Origin: an uncultured Oscillospiraceae bacterium
Lineage (GTDB): Bacteria; Bacillota; Clostridia; Oscillospirales; Oscillospiraceae
DNA length: 64,000 nucleotides
Reading direction: 5' to 3'
Assembly: GCA_944387145.1 (NCBI GenBank)
Contig: CALXDU010000001.1
Coordinates: 100 to 64,099, forward strand
Shown here: piece after piece, positions 45,968 through 55,429 of the stretch
Layout: each line of letters begins with the position of its first letter
Position numbering within the stretch: position 1 is the stretch's first letter
Position numbers and translations under genes: made by a program
The notes under the pieces: generated by a model
What the model was told of the DNA's origin: nothing
Seen by the model: only the letters and a program-made list of their open reading frames with translations
Database searches by the model: none

Positions 45968-46615
45968 ATGAAATCTTACATTGTAATTGGTTTGGGCTTG
46001 TTTGGACAGGCGCTGGCTCGGCAGCTGTGTAAACTGGGCGCAGATGTGCTGGCCATGGATATCCGGAGCAATGTGGTGCAGCAGGTTTCTGCGGATGTCA
46101 CCCACGCTGTAGTAGGGGATGCCAAGGACAAGGAAGTTCTGCGTGCATTGGGTGCAAGAGACTTCGACTGTGCAATTATTGCCATTGGCAATGACTTGGC
46201 TGCATCAGTCTTGGTTGCCATGAACCTGATGGAATTGGAAGTACCCTATGTGGTTTGTAAAGCCCATGATGAAACCCATCGTCGGGTGCTGGAAAAGCTG
46301 GGTGTGAATCGCGTGGTTATTCCGGAACAGGAAAATGCGCAGCGCCTGGGCCGCAGCCTGCATAGCCATAATGTGCTGGAATACATTGAGCTGTCTGAGG
46401 AATATGGTATTTTGGAAGTTCCTGCGCCCAAGAGCTGGATTGGCAAGACGCTGCGGGAACTGAATGTCCGTGCAAAGTTGGGCGTCCATATTATCGCAGT
46501 TGAATGCGGGAAAAAGACCAATGTGGCTCCGGCAGCAGATTATCTGATTCAGGAGGGGGATATAATGGTGGTCCTGGGCGATAATTATGCGCTGGAGGCG
46601 GTGCAGAAGCTGTGA
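45968..46615 (+). CDS. TrkA/KtrA-family RCK regulatory subunit
   Basis: IGLGLFG Rossmann motif, VIPEQE, C-terminal TrkA_C. Confidence 0.95.
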   Translation: MKSYIVIGLGLFGQALARQLCKLGADVLAMDIRSNVVQQVSADVTHAVVGDAKDKEVLRALGARDFDCAIIAIGNDLAASVLVAMNLMELEVPYVVCKAHDETHRRVLEKLGVNRVVIPEQENAQRLGRSLHSHNVLEYIELSEEYGILEVPAPKSWIGKTLRELNVRAKLGVHIIAVECGKKTNVAPAADYLIQEGDIMVVLGDNYALEAVQKL

Positions 46616-47364
46616 TGGAGCAGAGAATCACTTCCCGCAAAAATCCGGTTCTGCAGCAGGTAAAAAAGCTGCTGACTTCCCGAAAAATGCGGGAGGAAAT
46701 GGGGCTTTTTGTAGCGGATGGTACCAAGCTCCTGGCAGAGGCGGTGGAGTATTGCCCGGGATTGGAAACGGTAATTCTCTCCGACGGCGTGGAGGTTACG
46801 CTGCCGGATCGTGTGCAGAAGATTCGGGTACCGGAGGATGTAATGCAGTCCCTGTCTCCGATGTCCAGTCCCCAGGGGGCGCTGTTTGTCTGCCGATTGC
46901 CGCAGAATCAGCCGTTTTCACCATGCGGCGGCATGCTTTTGCTGGATGGAATTCAGGACCCGGGAAATCTGGGAACGATTTTGCGTACTGCGGATGCGCT
47001 GGATGTGCCAGTGGCACTTTTGGAAGGGTGTGCGGATCCTTATAGCCATAAGGTCGTGCGTGCCAGTATGGGTGCAGTGTTTCGCCGTGATGTGATACAG
47101 ACAACATGGTCCCAAGCCTATGCTGCCTGCATGGAAAAAGGGATTGCCATTGGCGTTACGGCTTTGAGTCAACGGGCAATGGACATACGGCAAGCCGAGA
47201 TGAAGCACATGGCAGTGGTAATTGGCAGTGAAGGACAAGGCGTGCGTCGTGAGATTTTGGATCGAGCCAATGCGGAATTGATTATTCCTATGAATTCCCA
47301 TTGCGAATCCTTAAATGCTGCTGTTGCTGCCACAATTGTGATGTGGCAAATGAAGATATCGTAA
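46612..47364 (+). CDS. TrmH/SpoU-family RNA 2'-O-methyltransferase
   Basis: DGIQDPGNLGTILRTA, IGSEGQG, ESLNAAVA. Confidence 0.93.
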   Translation: MMEQRITSRKNPVLQQVKKLLTSRKMREEMGLFVADGTKLLAEAVEYCPGLETVILSDGVEVTLPDRVQKIRVPEDVMQSLSPMSSPQGALFVCRLPQNQPFSPCGGMLLLDGIQDPGNLGTILRTADALDVPVALLEGCADPYSHKVVRASMGAVFRRDVIQTTWSQAYAACMEKGIAIGVTALSQRAMDIRQAEMKHMAVVIGSEGQGVRREILDRANAELIIPMNSHCESLNAAVAATIVMWQMKIS

Positions 47365-47381
47365 AGAAAGGGTGAGGAAAC

Positions 47382-48644
47382 ATGCTGGCGCATTGGGTAT
47401 GGTTTGCCCATCGTCCTGGATTGGGGGATCGGGGAAAAGTGACTGTGCTTCAGCATTTTTCCTGTCCCGAAGAGATCTATTTTGCTGCCCAATCCTCTTT
47501 TGATCATATACCTGGATTGACTTCGGAAGCCAAGGAAGCGCTGAATGACAAAGATATGACGAAGGCAGAGGAGATTCTGGAGCTTTGCCGCCGGGAGAAA
47601 ATTCATCTTCTGACCTTCCGGGATGCTGCGTATCCCATGCGACTGAAAAATATACCTGATCCTCCGGTATTGCTGTACTACAAAGGGCAGCTGCCGGATT
47701 TTGACGCTTATCCTGTAATTGGTGTTGTTGGTACCCGAAAGGCATCTGCTTATGGCCTGACAACTGCCAAACGCATGGGCTACCAAATTGGAAAATGCGG
47801 CGGCATTGTGGTTTCCGGCATGGCCTATGGAATTGACGGGATGGCAATGGCTGGGGCGCTGACCGCCGGTCAGCAGGTAGTGGGAGTCCTTGGGTGTGGA
47901 GTGGACATCATTTATCCGCTTTCCAACCGTGCGCTATTTCGGGATGTAGAACAATACGGATGCCTGCTCAGTGAATTCCCTCCCGGGACTCAGCCGCTGA
48001 AATGGAATTTTCCAAAGCGTAATCGGATTATCAGCGGTTTGAGCAATGGTGTGCTGGTGGTGGAAGCACCGGAAAAAAGCGGTGCTTTGATCACTGCCCA
48101 TCAGGCGGCGGAGCAGGGAAGAGATGTTTTTGCCGTGCCTGGAAATATTGATATTCCTTCTTTTGCGGGGAGCAATCAACTGCTTCGCGACGGCGCAATT
48201 ATGGTATCTTCCGGATGGGATGTTCTGAGTGAATATGCAGGACTCTATCCGGATAAGCTGCATAGGCAAGATATTTCACCACGGCAAAGTGCCTATGCCG
48301 ATGAGGTGAGGACAGCCGCCAAAGAGACGGATTCCTTACCTAAAGTTGCCCAAAATGTTGTACTCCCCAGTAAAAATGGTGATCTTAAGAAAAACTTAGA
48401 GAAAAAAACCATTGACAATGCGCCGTCTACGGCTTATAGTGACGTAAACAATACCATGCCGTCTTTGTCATCTCAGGAGCAACTGGTTGTAACGGCCCTG
48501 GCCAAAGGAGAGCGATTGGTAGATGATGTTATTGCAGAAACCGGATTGTCGACGGGTAAATTATTGGCTGCATTGACTATGTTGGAGCTGAAAGGCGTCA
48601 TTCGTCGGCTGCCTGGTAAGCGCATTGTTTTGGCAGACAGATAG
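47382..48644 (+). CDS. dprA: DNA-processing protein DprA
   Basis: IPDPPVLLYYKG, VVGTR, VSGMAYGID, FPKRNRIISGLS, VEAPEKSGALIT; C-terminal winged helix. Confidence 0.96.
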   Translation: MLAHWVWFAHRPGLGDRGKVTVLQHFSCPEEIYFAAQSSFDHIPGLTSEAKEALNDKDMTKAEEILELCRREKIHLLTFRDAAYPMRLKNIPDPPVLLYYKGQLPDFDAYPVIGVVGTRKASAYGLTTAKRMGYQIGKCGGIVVSGMAYGIDGMAMAGALTAGQQVVGVLGCGVDIIYPLSNRALFRDVEQYGCLLSEFPPGTQPLKWNFPKRNRIISGLSNGVLVVEAPEKSGALITAHQAAEQGRDVFAVPGNIDIPSFAGSNQLLRDGAIMVSSGWDVLSEYAGLYPDKLHRQDISPRQSAYADEVRTAAKETDSLPKVAQNVVLPSKNGDLKKNLEKKTIDNAPSTAYSDVNNTMPSLSSQEQLVVTALAKGERLVDDVIAETGLSTGKLLAALTMLELKGVIRRLPGKRIVLADR

Positions 48645-48692
48645 CGTGTTCTGGCCTGCCCATTATTGTAATGAAACGGAGAACATGAATAC

Positions 48693-50981
48693 ATGGGAAA
48701 ACCGAGTAATCTTGTGATCGTGGAGTCTCCCTCCAAAGCGAAAACCATTGGCCGATATCTCGGCCCGGATTATATTGTGAAAGCCAGTATGGGACATCTG
48801 CGGGATCTGCCCAAAAGCAAAATGGGTGTGGATCTGGAGCATGATTTTACGCCCCAGTATATCCCTGTCCGTGGCAAGGAGTCTTTGATTAAGGAACTGA
48901 AAGCAGATGCGGCAAAGGCAGATACGGTCTACCTGGCAACGGACCCTGACCGAGAGGGAGAAGCGATTTCCTGGCATCTGAAAGAACTTTTGGGCCTTTC
49001 TGACGAAAAGGCCCGGCGGGTTACCTTTAACGAAATTACCCAAAAGGTTGTGAAAGAGTCCATTCAGCACCCCCGGGAAATAGATTATGATCTGGTGGAT
49101 GCTCAGCAGGCCAGAAGAATTCTGGACAGAATTGTGGGTTACCAGCTTTCTCCATTGCTGTGGAAGAAGGTACGCAGAGGCTTGTCCGCTGGCCGGGTAC
49201 AGAGTGTAGCCACCCGAATGGTGGTCGATCGGGAAAATGAAATTCGTGCCTTCCAGCCTCGGGAATACTGGACGCTGGATGTCACCTTGAACCGGGAGGG
49301 AAAGCCTGGTTCTTTTGTGGCGCACTATTATGGCAGCCCCAAAAAGCAGGAACTGGAAACCGAAGAGCAGGCACAGTCTGTCATTTCGGACATTACCGGT
49401 AAGGCATTCACCATTACCAATGTAAAGAAAGCAGAGAAGAAGCGCTCCTGCGCCCCTCCTTTTACCACCTCGACGCTGCAGCAGGAAGCTTCCCGGAAGC
49501 TGGGATTCACCCCGAAGAAAACCATGATGATCGCCCAGCAGCTGTATGAAGGTGTGGAAGTTGCTGGTGAAGGTACCACCGGCTTGATTACCTACATGCG
49601 TACAGACTCACTGCGCTTGTCGGATGAAGCCATGGCTGCTGCAGCTTCTTTTATTCGCAATCGCTATGGTGAAGGCTACTACTATGGGTCTTTCCACACG
49701 TTCAAAACCAAATCCGGCGCCCAGGATGCTCATGAAGCCATCCGTCCGTCTCATGTAGAATTGGAACCGGAGCGGGTTCGCGATAGCTTGACGCCTGACC
49801 AGTATAAATTGTACAAGCTGATCTGGAGCCGTTTCCTGGCAACACAGATGGCCAATGCCATTTATGATACGGTGTCCATTGATGCTCAGTGTGGGGATCA
49901 TGTATTCCGGGCCAGTCATCAGAGTATGCGTTTCCCTGGATTTATTGCGGTTTATGAGGAAGGAAAAGACGATGAGTCCGAGGCGGTGGGATCTCCTTTG
50001 CCGGATTTGACTTCCGGTGAACAGGCCACTGCATCTGACATGAAGAAAGAGCAGCATTTCACCCAACCTCCTGCCCGCTATACAGAGGCAACCTTGGTTA
50101 AGGCGATGGAGGAAAAAGGGGTTGGCCGTCCTTCCACCTACGCTGCGACGATCTCTACAATCGAAGATCGGGAATATGTTGTGAAACAGGACAAGCGTCT
50201 GGCTCCAACTCCCTTGGGCGAGATTGTTACCGGACTGATGATGGAGCGTTTTAACGACATCATAGACGTGGAGTTTACCGCCAACATGGAGTCCCAGCTG
50301 GATGCAGTGGAGGAAGGCAAGGAGCATTGGAAGACGCTGCTGGCTGAGTTCTATCAGGGATTCAGCAAGGAACTTCAGGATGCAGAAACTGCTTTGGAAG
50401 GCGTGCGTCTGAAGGTTCCGGAAGAAGAGACAGATGAAGTCTGTGAGCTGTGCGGGCGAAAAATGGTCATCAAGATGGGCCGTTTCGGTAAGTTCTTGGC
50501 TTGTCCTGGCTTTCCGGAGTGTAAAAATGCCAAGCCCTTGGTGGAGCGCATGCCTGGACGGTGTCCCAAGTGCGGCAGCGGCATACTCAAGCGGAAATCC
50601 AAGAAAGGCTATGCTTTCTATGCCTGCGAAAAAGGACAGGAATGCGGTTTCATGACTTGGGATGTGCCCACTGCCGAGGATTGTCCGGAATGCGGCCAGA
50701 CGCTTTTTAAGAAATCCGGAAAGGGCAGAATGAAGCCATTCTGTATTAACGAGCATTGCAGTCGGTTCCTGCCGGAAGACCAGCGGGGCTATTATAAGAA
50801 AAAAATTGGAGAAGAATCTGCGCAGCAGCCTCAGGCAGAGCAGGAAGAAACCCCTGATAAGGAAACAGCCAAGAAGACAGCCACCAAAAAAGCAGCTGCA
50901 AAAAAATCTACAGCGAAAAAGACCACTGCGAAGAAAACTGCGGTGAAGAAGACGTCTGCCAAGAAGAAAGAGGAGGCCTGA
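48693..50981 (+). CDS. topA: Type I DNA topoisomerase
   Basis: VIVESPSKAK, ATDPDREGE, SAGRVQS, ITYMRTD; zinc ribbons; Lys-rich tail. Confidence 0.98.
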   Translation: MGKPSNLVIVESPSKAKTIGRYLGPDYIVKASMGHLRDLPKSKMGVDLEHDFTPQYIPVRGKESLIKELKADAAKADTVYLATDPDREGEAISWHLKELLGLSDEKARRVTFNEITQKVVKESIQHPREIDYDLVDAQQARRILDRIVGYQLSPLLWKKVRRGLSAGRVQSVATRMVVDRENEIRAFQPREYWTLDVTLNREGKPGSFVAHYYGSPKKQELETEEQAQSVISDITGKAFTITNVKKAEKKRSCAPPFTTSTLQQEASRKLGFTPKKTMMIAQQLYEGVEVAGEGTTGLITYMRTDSLRLSDEAMAAAASFIRNRYGEGYYYGSFHTFKTKSGAQDAHEAIRPSHVELEPERVRDSLTPDQYKLYKLIWSRFLATQMANAIYDTVSIDAQCGDHVFRASHQSMRFPGFIAVYEEGKDDESEAVGSPLPDLTSGEQATASDMKKEQHFTQPPARYTEATLVKAMEEKGVGRPSTYAATISTIEDREYVVKQDKRLAPTPLGEIVTGLMMERFNDIIDVEFTANMESQLDAVEEGKEHWKTLLAEFYQGFSKELQDAETALEGVRLKVPEEETDEVCELCGRKMVIKMGRFGKFLACPGFPECKNAKPLVERMPGRCPKCGSGILKRKSKKGYAFYACEKGQECGFMTWDVPTAEDCPECGQTLFKKSGKGRMKPFCINEHCSRFLPEDQRGYYKKKIGEESAQQPQAEQEETPDKETAKKTATKKAAAKKSTAKKTTAKKTAVKKTSAKKKEEA
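50862..50966 (+). repeat. Seven xxxKK pentapeptide repeats in the TopA tail
   Basis: ETAKK TATKK AAAKK STAKK TTAKK TAVKK TSAKK. Confidence 0.85.
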
Positions 50982-50983
50982 GG

Positions 50984-52288
50984 ATGGTTGTAAAGGTAAT
51001 CGGCGCAGGCCTTGCCGGCTGTGAGGCTGCGTGGCAGCTTGCCAATCGGGATATTGATGTGGAACTTTACGAAATGAAGCCCCACAAAATGACACCGGCT
51101 CACCATAGCACTGACTTTGCGGAGCTGGTTTGTTCCAATTCTTTGCGGGGAGATCGGCTGGAAAATGCGGTGGGCTTGCTGAAAGAAGAACTGCGCCGAT
51201 GCGGCAGTTTGATTCTTTCTTGCGCAGAAGAAACCCGTGTGGAAGCAGGCGGATGCTTGGCTGTTGACCGTGGCGGTTTTTCTGAATTGGTTACCCGAAA
51301 AATTCGCAGCCATCCTCGCATTCGGGTTATTTCGGAAGAAGTAACCCAGATCCCGGATGGCCCTGTTATCATTGCCACAGGCCCGTTGACATCGGATGCT
51401 CTATCGGAAGCGATCGGCAAATATTTTGGTGAAACAGGATATCTGCACTTTTTCGATGCCGCAGCACCTTTGGTAACGGCGGAATCCATTGATATGAACC
51501 AGGCCTGGTGGCAGTCCCGTTATGACCGGGGAACGCCGGATTACATCAACTGCGCTTTGGATCGGGAGCAGTACGAAGCCTTTGTAAAGGAACTGACTAC
51601 GGCAGAAGAGGCCGAAGTTCACGGATTTGAAGATAAGAATGTCTTTGAAGGCTGTATGCCGGTGGAAGTTATGGCCCGTCGTGGTTTTGAAACCCTGCGT
51701 TACGGTCCGCTGAAGCCGGTTGGGCTGATTGATCCCAATACCGGCAAGGAGCCGTATGCGGTGGTGCAGCTGCGCCAGGATAATGCGGCCAAAAGCGTGT
51801 TTAACCTGGTAGGATTCCAGACGCATTTGAAATTCGGGGAGCAGAAGCGGGTGTTTTCCATGATTCCCGCTCTGCATGATGCGGAGTTTGTCCGCTATGG
51901 TGTGATGCATCAGAATACATTCCTCCAGTCCCCGAAGCTGCTGGATCGGTATTATGCCGACCGACGCAATCCGATGGTTGCCTTTGCCGGTCAGATGACC
52001 GGTGTGGAAGGGTATGTGGAATCCACTGCATCGGGTTATCTGGCTGCCGTGGCGATGGCGGCAAAGGTTCAGGGGAGGAATATCCCTGATTTTCCCAAGA
52101 CAACTGCAATTGGCGCCTTAGGGCTGTATATCAGTGATGAAAGTATCGAAAACTTCCAGCCCATGAATATCAATTTCAGTATCATTCAGCCGCTGGAAAA
52201 GCGGATACGGAAGAAAGCGGAAAAAAATCTGGCCATTGCCAATCGTTCTCTGGAAGTGATTGACCAGCTGGTGGCCAAAGGAATTTAA
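50984..52288 (+). CDS. trmFO: Folate/FAD-dependent tRNA U54 methyltransferase
   Basis: GAGLAGCEAA, ELVCSNS, HFFDAAAP, FEGCMP, GQMTGVEGY. Confidence 0.97.
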   Translation: MVVKVIGAGLAGCEAAWQLANRDIDVELYEMKPHKMTPAHHSTDFAELVCSNSLRGDRLENAVGLLKEELRRCGSLILSCAEETRVEAGGCLAVDRGGFSELVTRKIRSHPRIRVISEEVTQIPDGPVIIATGPLTSDALSEAIGKYFGETGYLHFFDAAAPLVTAESIDMNQAWWQSRYDRGTPDYINCALDREQYEAFVKELTTAEEAEVHGFEDKNVFEGCMPVEVMARRGFETLRYGPLKPVGLIDPNTGKEPYAVVQLRQDNAAKSVFNLVGFQTHLKFGEQKRVFSMIPALHDAEFVRYGVMHQNTFLQSPKLLDRYYADRRNPMVAFAGQMTGVEGYVESTASGYLAAVAMAAKVQGRNIPDFPKTTAIGALGLYISDESIENFQPMNINFSIIQPLEKRIRKKAEKNLAIANRSLEVIDQLVAKGI

Positions 52289-52306
52289 CAGAAAGAGGTG
52301 GCGCAG

Positions 52307-53335
52307 TTGAAGATTATTCTGGATGCAATGGGCGGTGATCTGGCCCCGGAAGCTCCGGTACGAGGAGCCATCGATGCGGCAAAAGCCTATGGCGTAGAAA
52401 TTGTTCTGGTAGGCAGAGGCGAAGAAATCCTGGAGGTGCTGAAAAAACAGGGAATTGACAATCTGCCTGCGGGGATGGAAATTGCCAACGCTGATGACGT
52501 GGTAGATATGCATGATGATCCTGCTTCCGTCATTCATAAGCGGAAGAATTCTTCCATGATTGTGGGACTGAAAATGTTGGCCGATGGGAAAGGCGATGCC
52601 TTTGTTTCTGCCGGTTCAACTGGTGCGCTGCTGACTGGTGCCACTTTGCTTGTAAAACGGGTGAAGGGTATTCGACGCGCCGCTATGGCCCCTGCCGTTC
52701 CCACAAAGGCTGGCAGCAAGGTTGTGATCTGCGATTGCGGTGCAAATGCTGAATGCACCCCGGAATTTTTGCTGCAGTTTGGACTTGTGGGTTCGGCCTA
52801 TGTGCACAATGTGCTGGGTGTTGCGCAGCCGAGAGTTGGTCTGCTGAACATTGGTACGGAGGACAGCAAGGGGACTTCTTTGCAGAAAGAAGCATACAGC
52901 CTGCTGCAGAGTGCCAACGATAAGGGACTGATTCATTTTGTTGGCAATGTTGAAGCCCGCGCGGTCCCTCTGGGAGAAGTTGATGTGGTGGTTTGTGATG
53001 GTTTCAGCGGAAATGTGCTGCTGAAATCCATTGAAGGTACTGCCATGTTTATGGGCAGTATGCTCAAGAGAATGTTCAAGAAGAATCTGTTCAGCAAAAT
53101 CGGATATTTGCTGTGCAAATCCGGTGTTGGTGAAATTGCGAAGCTGCTGGACTATCGGGAAATTGGCGGAACACAGTTCCTGGGTATTAAAAAGCCTGTT
53201 ATCAAAGCCCACGGCTCTTCCGATGCCCTTGCGTTCCGTAATGCGGTCAAACAGGCTATGACTGCTGCGGAGGGGAATTTTACTTCCCAGCTGGAGCAGA
53301 GCCTTGCTGCGATGAAGGAGATTGACCATGATTAA
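52307..53335 (+). CDS. plsX: Phosphate acyltransferase
   Basis: LDAMGGDLAP, SAGSTGA, DCGANAE, VCDGFSGN, IKAHGSS. Confidence 0.96.
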   Translation: MKIILDAMGGDLAPEAPVRGAIDAAKAYGVEIVLVGRGEEILEVLKKQGIDNLPAGMEIANADDVVDMHDDPASVIHKRKNSSMIVGLKMLADGKGDAFVSAGSTGALLTGATLLVKRVKGIRRAAMAPAVPTKAGSKVVICDCGANAECTPEFLLQFGLVGSAYVHNVLGVAQPRVGLLNIGTEDSKGTSLQKEAYSLLQSANDKGLIHFVGNVEARAVPLGEVDVVVCDGFSGNVLLKSIEGTAMFMGSMLKRMFKKNLFSKIGYLLCKSGVGEIAKLLDYREIGGTQFLGIKKPVIKAHGSSDALAFRNAVKQAMTAAEGNFTSQLEQSLAAMKEIDHD

Positions 53336-54014
53336 GGATCTGGAAGCTGCAATTGGATACCGGTTCCATAATATTTCTCTGCTGCAGAATGCGTTGACCC
53401 ACTCGTCTTATGCCAATGAGCGATGGCACAACAGTCTGTTGAGCAATGAGCGCCTGGAGTTTTTGGGAGACAGCGTGCTGGGAATGCTGGTTGCAGAGTA
53501 TCTGTACCGGAATTTCCCCAATCGTCCGGAAGGGGAGCTTACCCGGATGCGGGCGGATATGGTTTGCGAGGGGACATTGGCCTCCGCAGCCAATCGAATT
53601 GGGCTTGGCAACCATCTGCTGCTTGGTCACGGTGAGGAGCAAGGCGGCGGACGCAGCCGGGATTCCATTCTGGCGGATGCCATGGAGTCGGTCATTGCGG
53701 CTTGTTTCCTGGACGGTGGCTTGGCAGCTGCGCTGAAGGTTGTACAAACCTTTATTCTGGTGGAAGTACCGGTAGCGAAACTTCACAATGCAGACTATAA
53801 GACGCAGCTTCAGGAGCTGGTTCAACAGAAAAAAAACCAGGTGCTTTCTTACACACTGGTTGGTCAATCCGGCCCCGACCATGATAAGAGCTTTGACGTG
53901 GAAGTCTGCCTGAATGGAACTGTTGTTGGCAGTGGTTCCGGCAGCAGCAAAAAGCGGGCAGAGCAGATGGCAGCACGTTGCGCAATTGAAAAGCTGTTCC
54001 CGGATAAAGTATAA
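53328..54014 (+). CDS. rnc: Ribonuclease III
   Basis: ALTHSSYANE, NERLEFLGDSVLG, DYKTQLQE dsRBD. Confidence 0.98.
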   Translation: MIKDLEAAIGYRFHNISLLQNALTHSSYANERWHNSLLSNERLEFLGDSVLGMLVAEYLYRNFPNRPEGELTRMRADMVCEGTLASAANRIGLGNHLLLGHGEEQGGGRSRDSILADAMESVIAACFLDGGLAAALKVVQTFILVEVPVAKLHNADYKTQLQELVQQKKNQVLSYTLVGQSGPDHDKSFDVEVCLNGTVVGSGSGSSKKRAEQMAARCAIEKLFPDKV

Positions 54015-54157
54015 CTATAAGATAATTCTATCTGCTTACAATTTAAATTTCTGCCAATTTTGGGAATAAAGATTGACAAAAATTTTCAAATCGAGTACAA
54101 TCGTCGGGTTGTCAAGCTTATTGCTCCTACAAAATATTGGCAATCAAGGAGATTGTT

Positions 54158-55261
54158 ATGGATTTGCATCAGAGATTGCTGGAAGTCAGCAGAGGTTTCC
54201 GGATTGATTATGAGTATTTGGGTTATGAAACCATCCAGATGGGAAATGTAAACCGTACATATAAGGTGAACTTCCGTATGCCGGATGGCATGCCGAAATC
54301 TTTTCTGGTACAGAATGTAAACACCTATGCCTTCCGCAATCCTGTGGGTTTGATGGAAAATATTGATAAAGTGACGGAGCACATCCGTGCAAAGAAACCT
54401 GGCCAGTTGGCACTGCATTTTCATCATACTGCCCAGAGAAAGACCTATATTGTGGATGGGAAGAACTTTTGGCGAATGACCAACTACGTTCCTTCCGTAA
54501 CCTATAATACCGTAACAGATCTGAAAGTTGTGCGCAACGCAGGCAAGGCTTTTGGGGAGTTCCAGATGGACTTGGCAGATTTCGATATTTCGGAATTGAC
54601 AGAGACAATTCCTGGATTCCATAATACCCGTCAGCGTTATGAGAATTTCCTTCAGGCAGTTCGGGAAGACAAGGCTGGCCGGGCTTGTCAGGTGCAGGAA
54701 GAAATTGACTATCTGCTGTCCGTGCAGGATCTGGCCTGTACGTTGACAGACTTACAGCAGCAGGGCAAACTTCCGCTGCGAGTTACCCATAATGATACAA
54801 AGATCAATAATGTTCTGTTCTCTCCGGAAGATAACAGCGCCATGATTGTGATTGACTTGGACACGGTTATGCCAGGGCTGATGGGCCATGACTTTGGGGA
54901 TGCTATCCGGTTTGCAGCGAATTTCGTGGAAGAAGACTGCAGTGAGTACGAAAAAGTTGGTGTAAACCTGGAGGTGTTTCGTGCATTTGCTGAAGGGTTC
55001 TTGTCCAAGACTGCTCAAACCATGACCAGTCAAGAAATTGACACGTTGGCTCTGAGCTGCTTTGTCCTCACTGTAGAATTGGCAACCCGGTTCCTGGCGG
55101 ATTATCTGGATGGTGACTTATATTTTAAGACCAATTATCCGGAACACAACCTGGTTCGGACCCGCTGTCAGATTGCTTTGGCCAAGGATATGTACAAGCA
55201 TTTGCCGGAGATGGAGCAAATTGTCCGCGACTGCGTTGAAGCCGCTAAAGCTGTAAAATAA
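54158..55261 (+). CDS. Aminoglycoside-phosphotransferase-fold kinase, N-acetylhexosamine 1-kinase (NahK/LnpB)-like
   Basis: GNVNRTY, HNDTKINNV, IDLDTVMPG, DFGDAIR, RFLADYLDGD.YF; own TTGACA-17-TACAAT promoter and terminator at 55267-55292. Confidence 0.8.
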   Translation: MDLHQRLLEVSRGFRIDYEYLGYETIQMGNVNRTYKVNFRMPDGMPKSFLVQNVNTYAFRNPVGLMENIDKVTEHIRAKKPGQLALHFHHTAQRKTYIVDGKNFWRMTNYVPSVTYNTVTDLKVVRNAGKAFGEFQMDLADFDISELTETIPGFHNTRQRYENFLQAVREDKAGRACQVQEEIDYLLSVQDLACTLTDLQQQGKLPLRVTHNDTKINNVLFSPEDNSAMIVIDLDTVMPGLMGHDFGDAIRFAANFVEEDCSEYEKVGVNLEVFRAFAEGFLSKTAQTMTSQEIDTLALSCFVLTVELATRFLADYLDGDLYFKTNYPEHNLVRTRCQIALAKDMYKHLPEMEQIVRDCVEAAKAVK

Positions 55262-55429
55262 GCATTATGCCCGCAGTGAACACTGCGGGCATTGTCACGT
55301 TCTGGGTGCATTTTGAGACTTGTGTGTTACACGTCTGCACAATCCTGCTAGTGGTGCAAAAAAGGACTGGAAATCCCCCTGAAAATATGATATCATATGG
55401 TGTAATGCTTTGTTAAAGGAGGGAAATCT

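Noticed and set aside
49608-51095. 495-aa minus-strand ORF
   Set aside because: Antisense shadow of topA.
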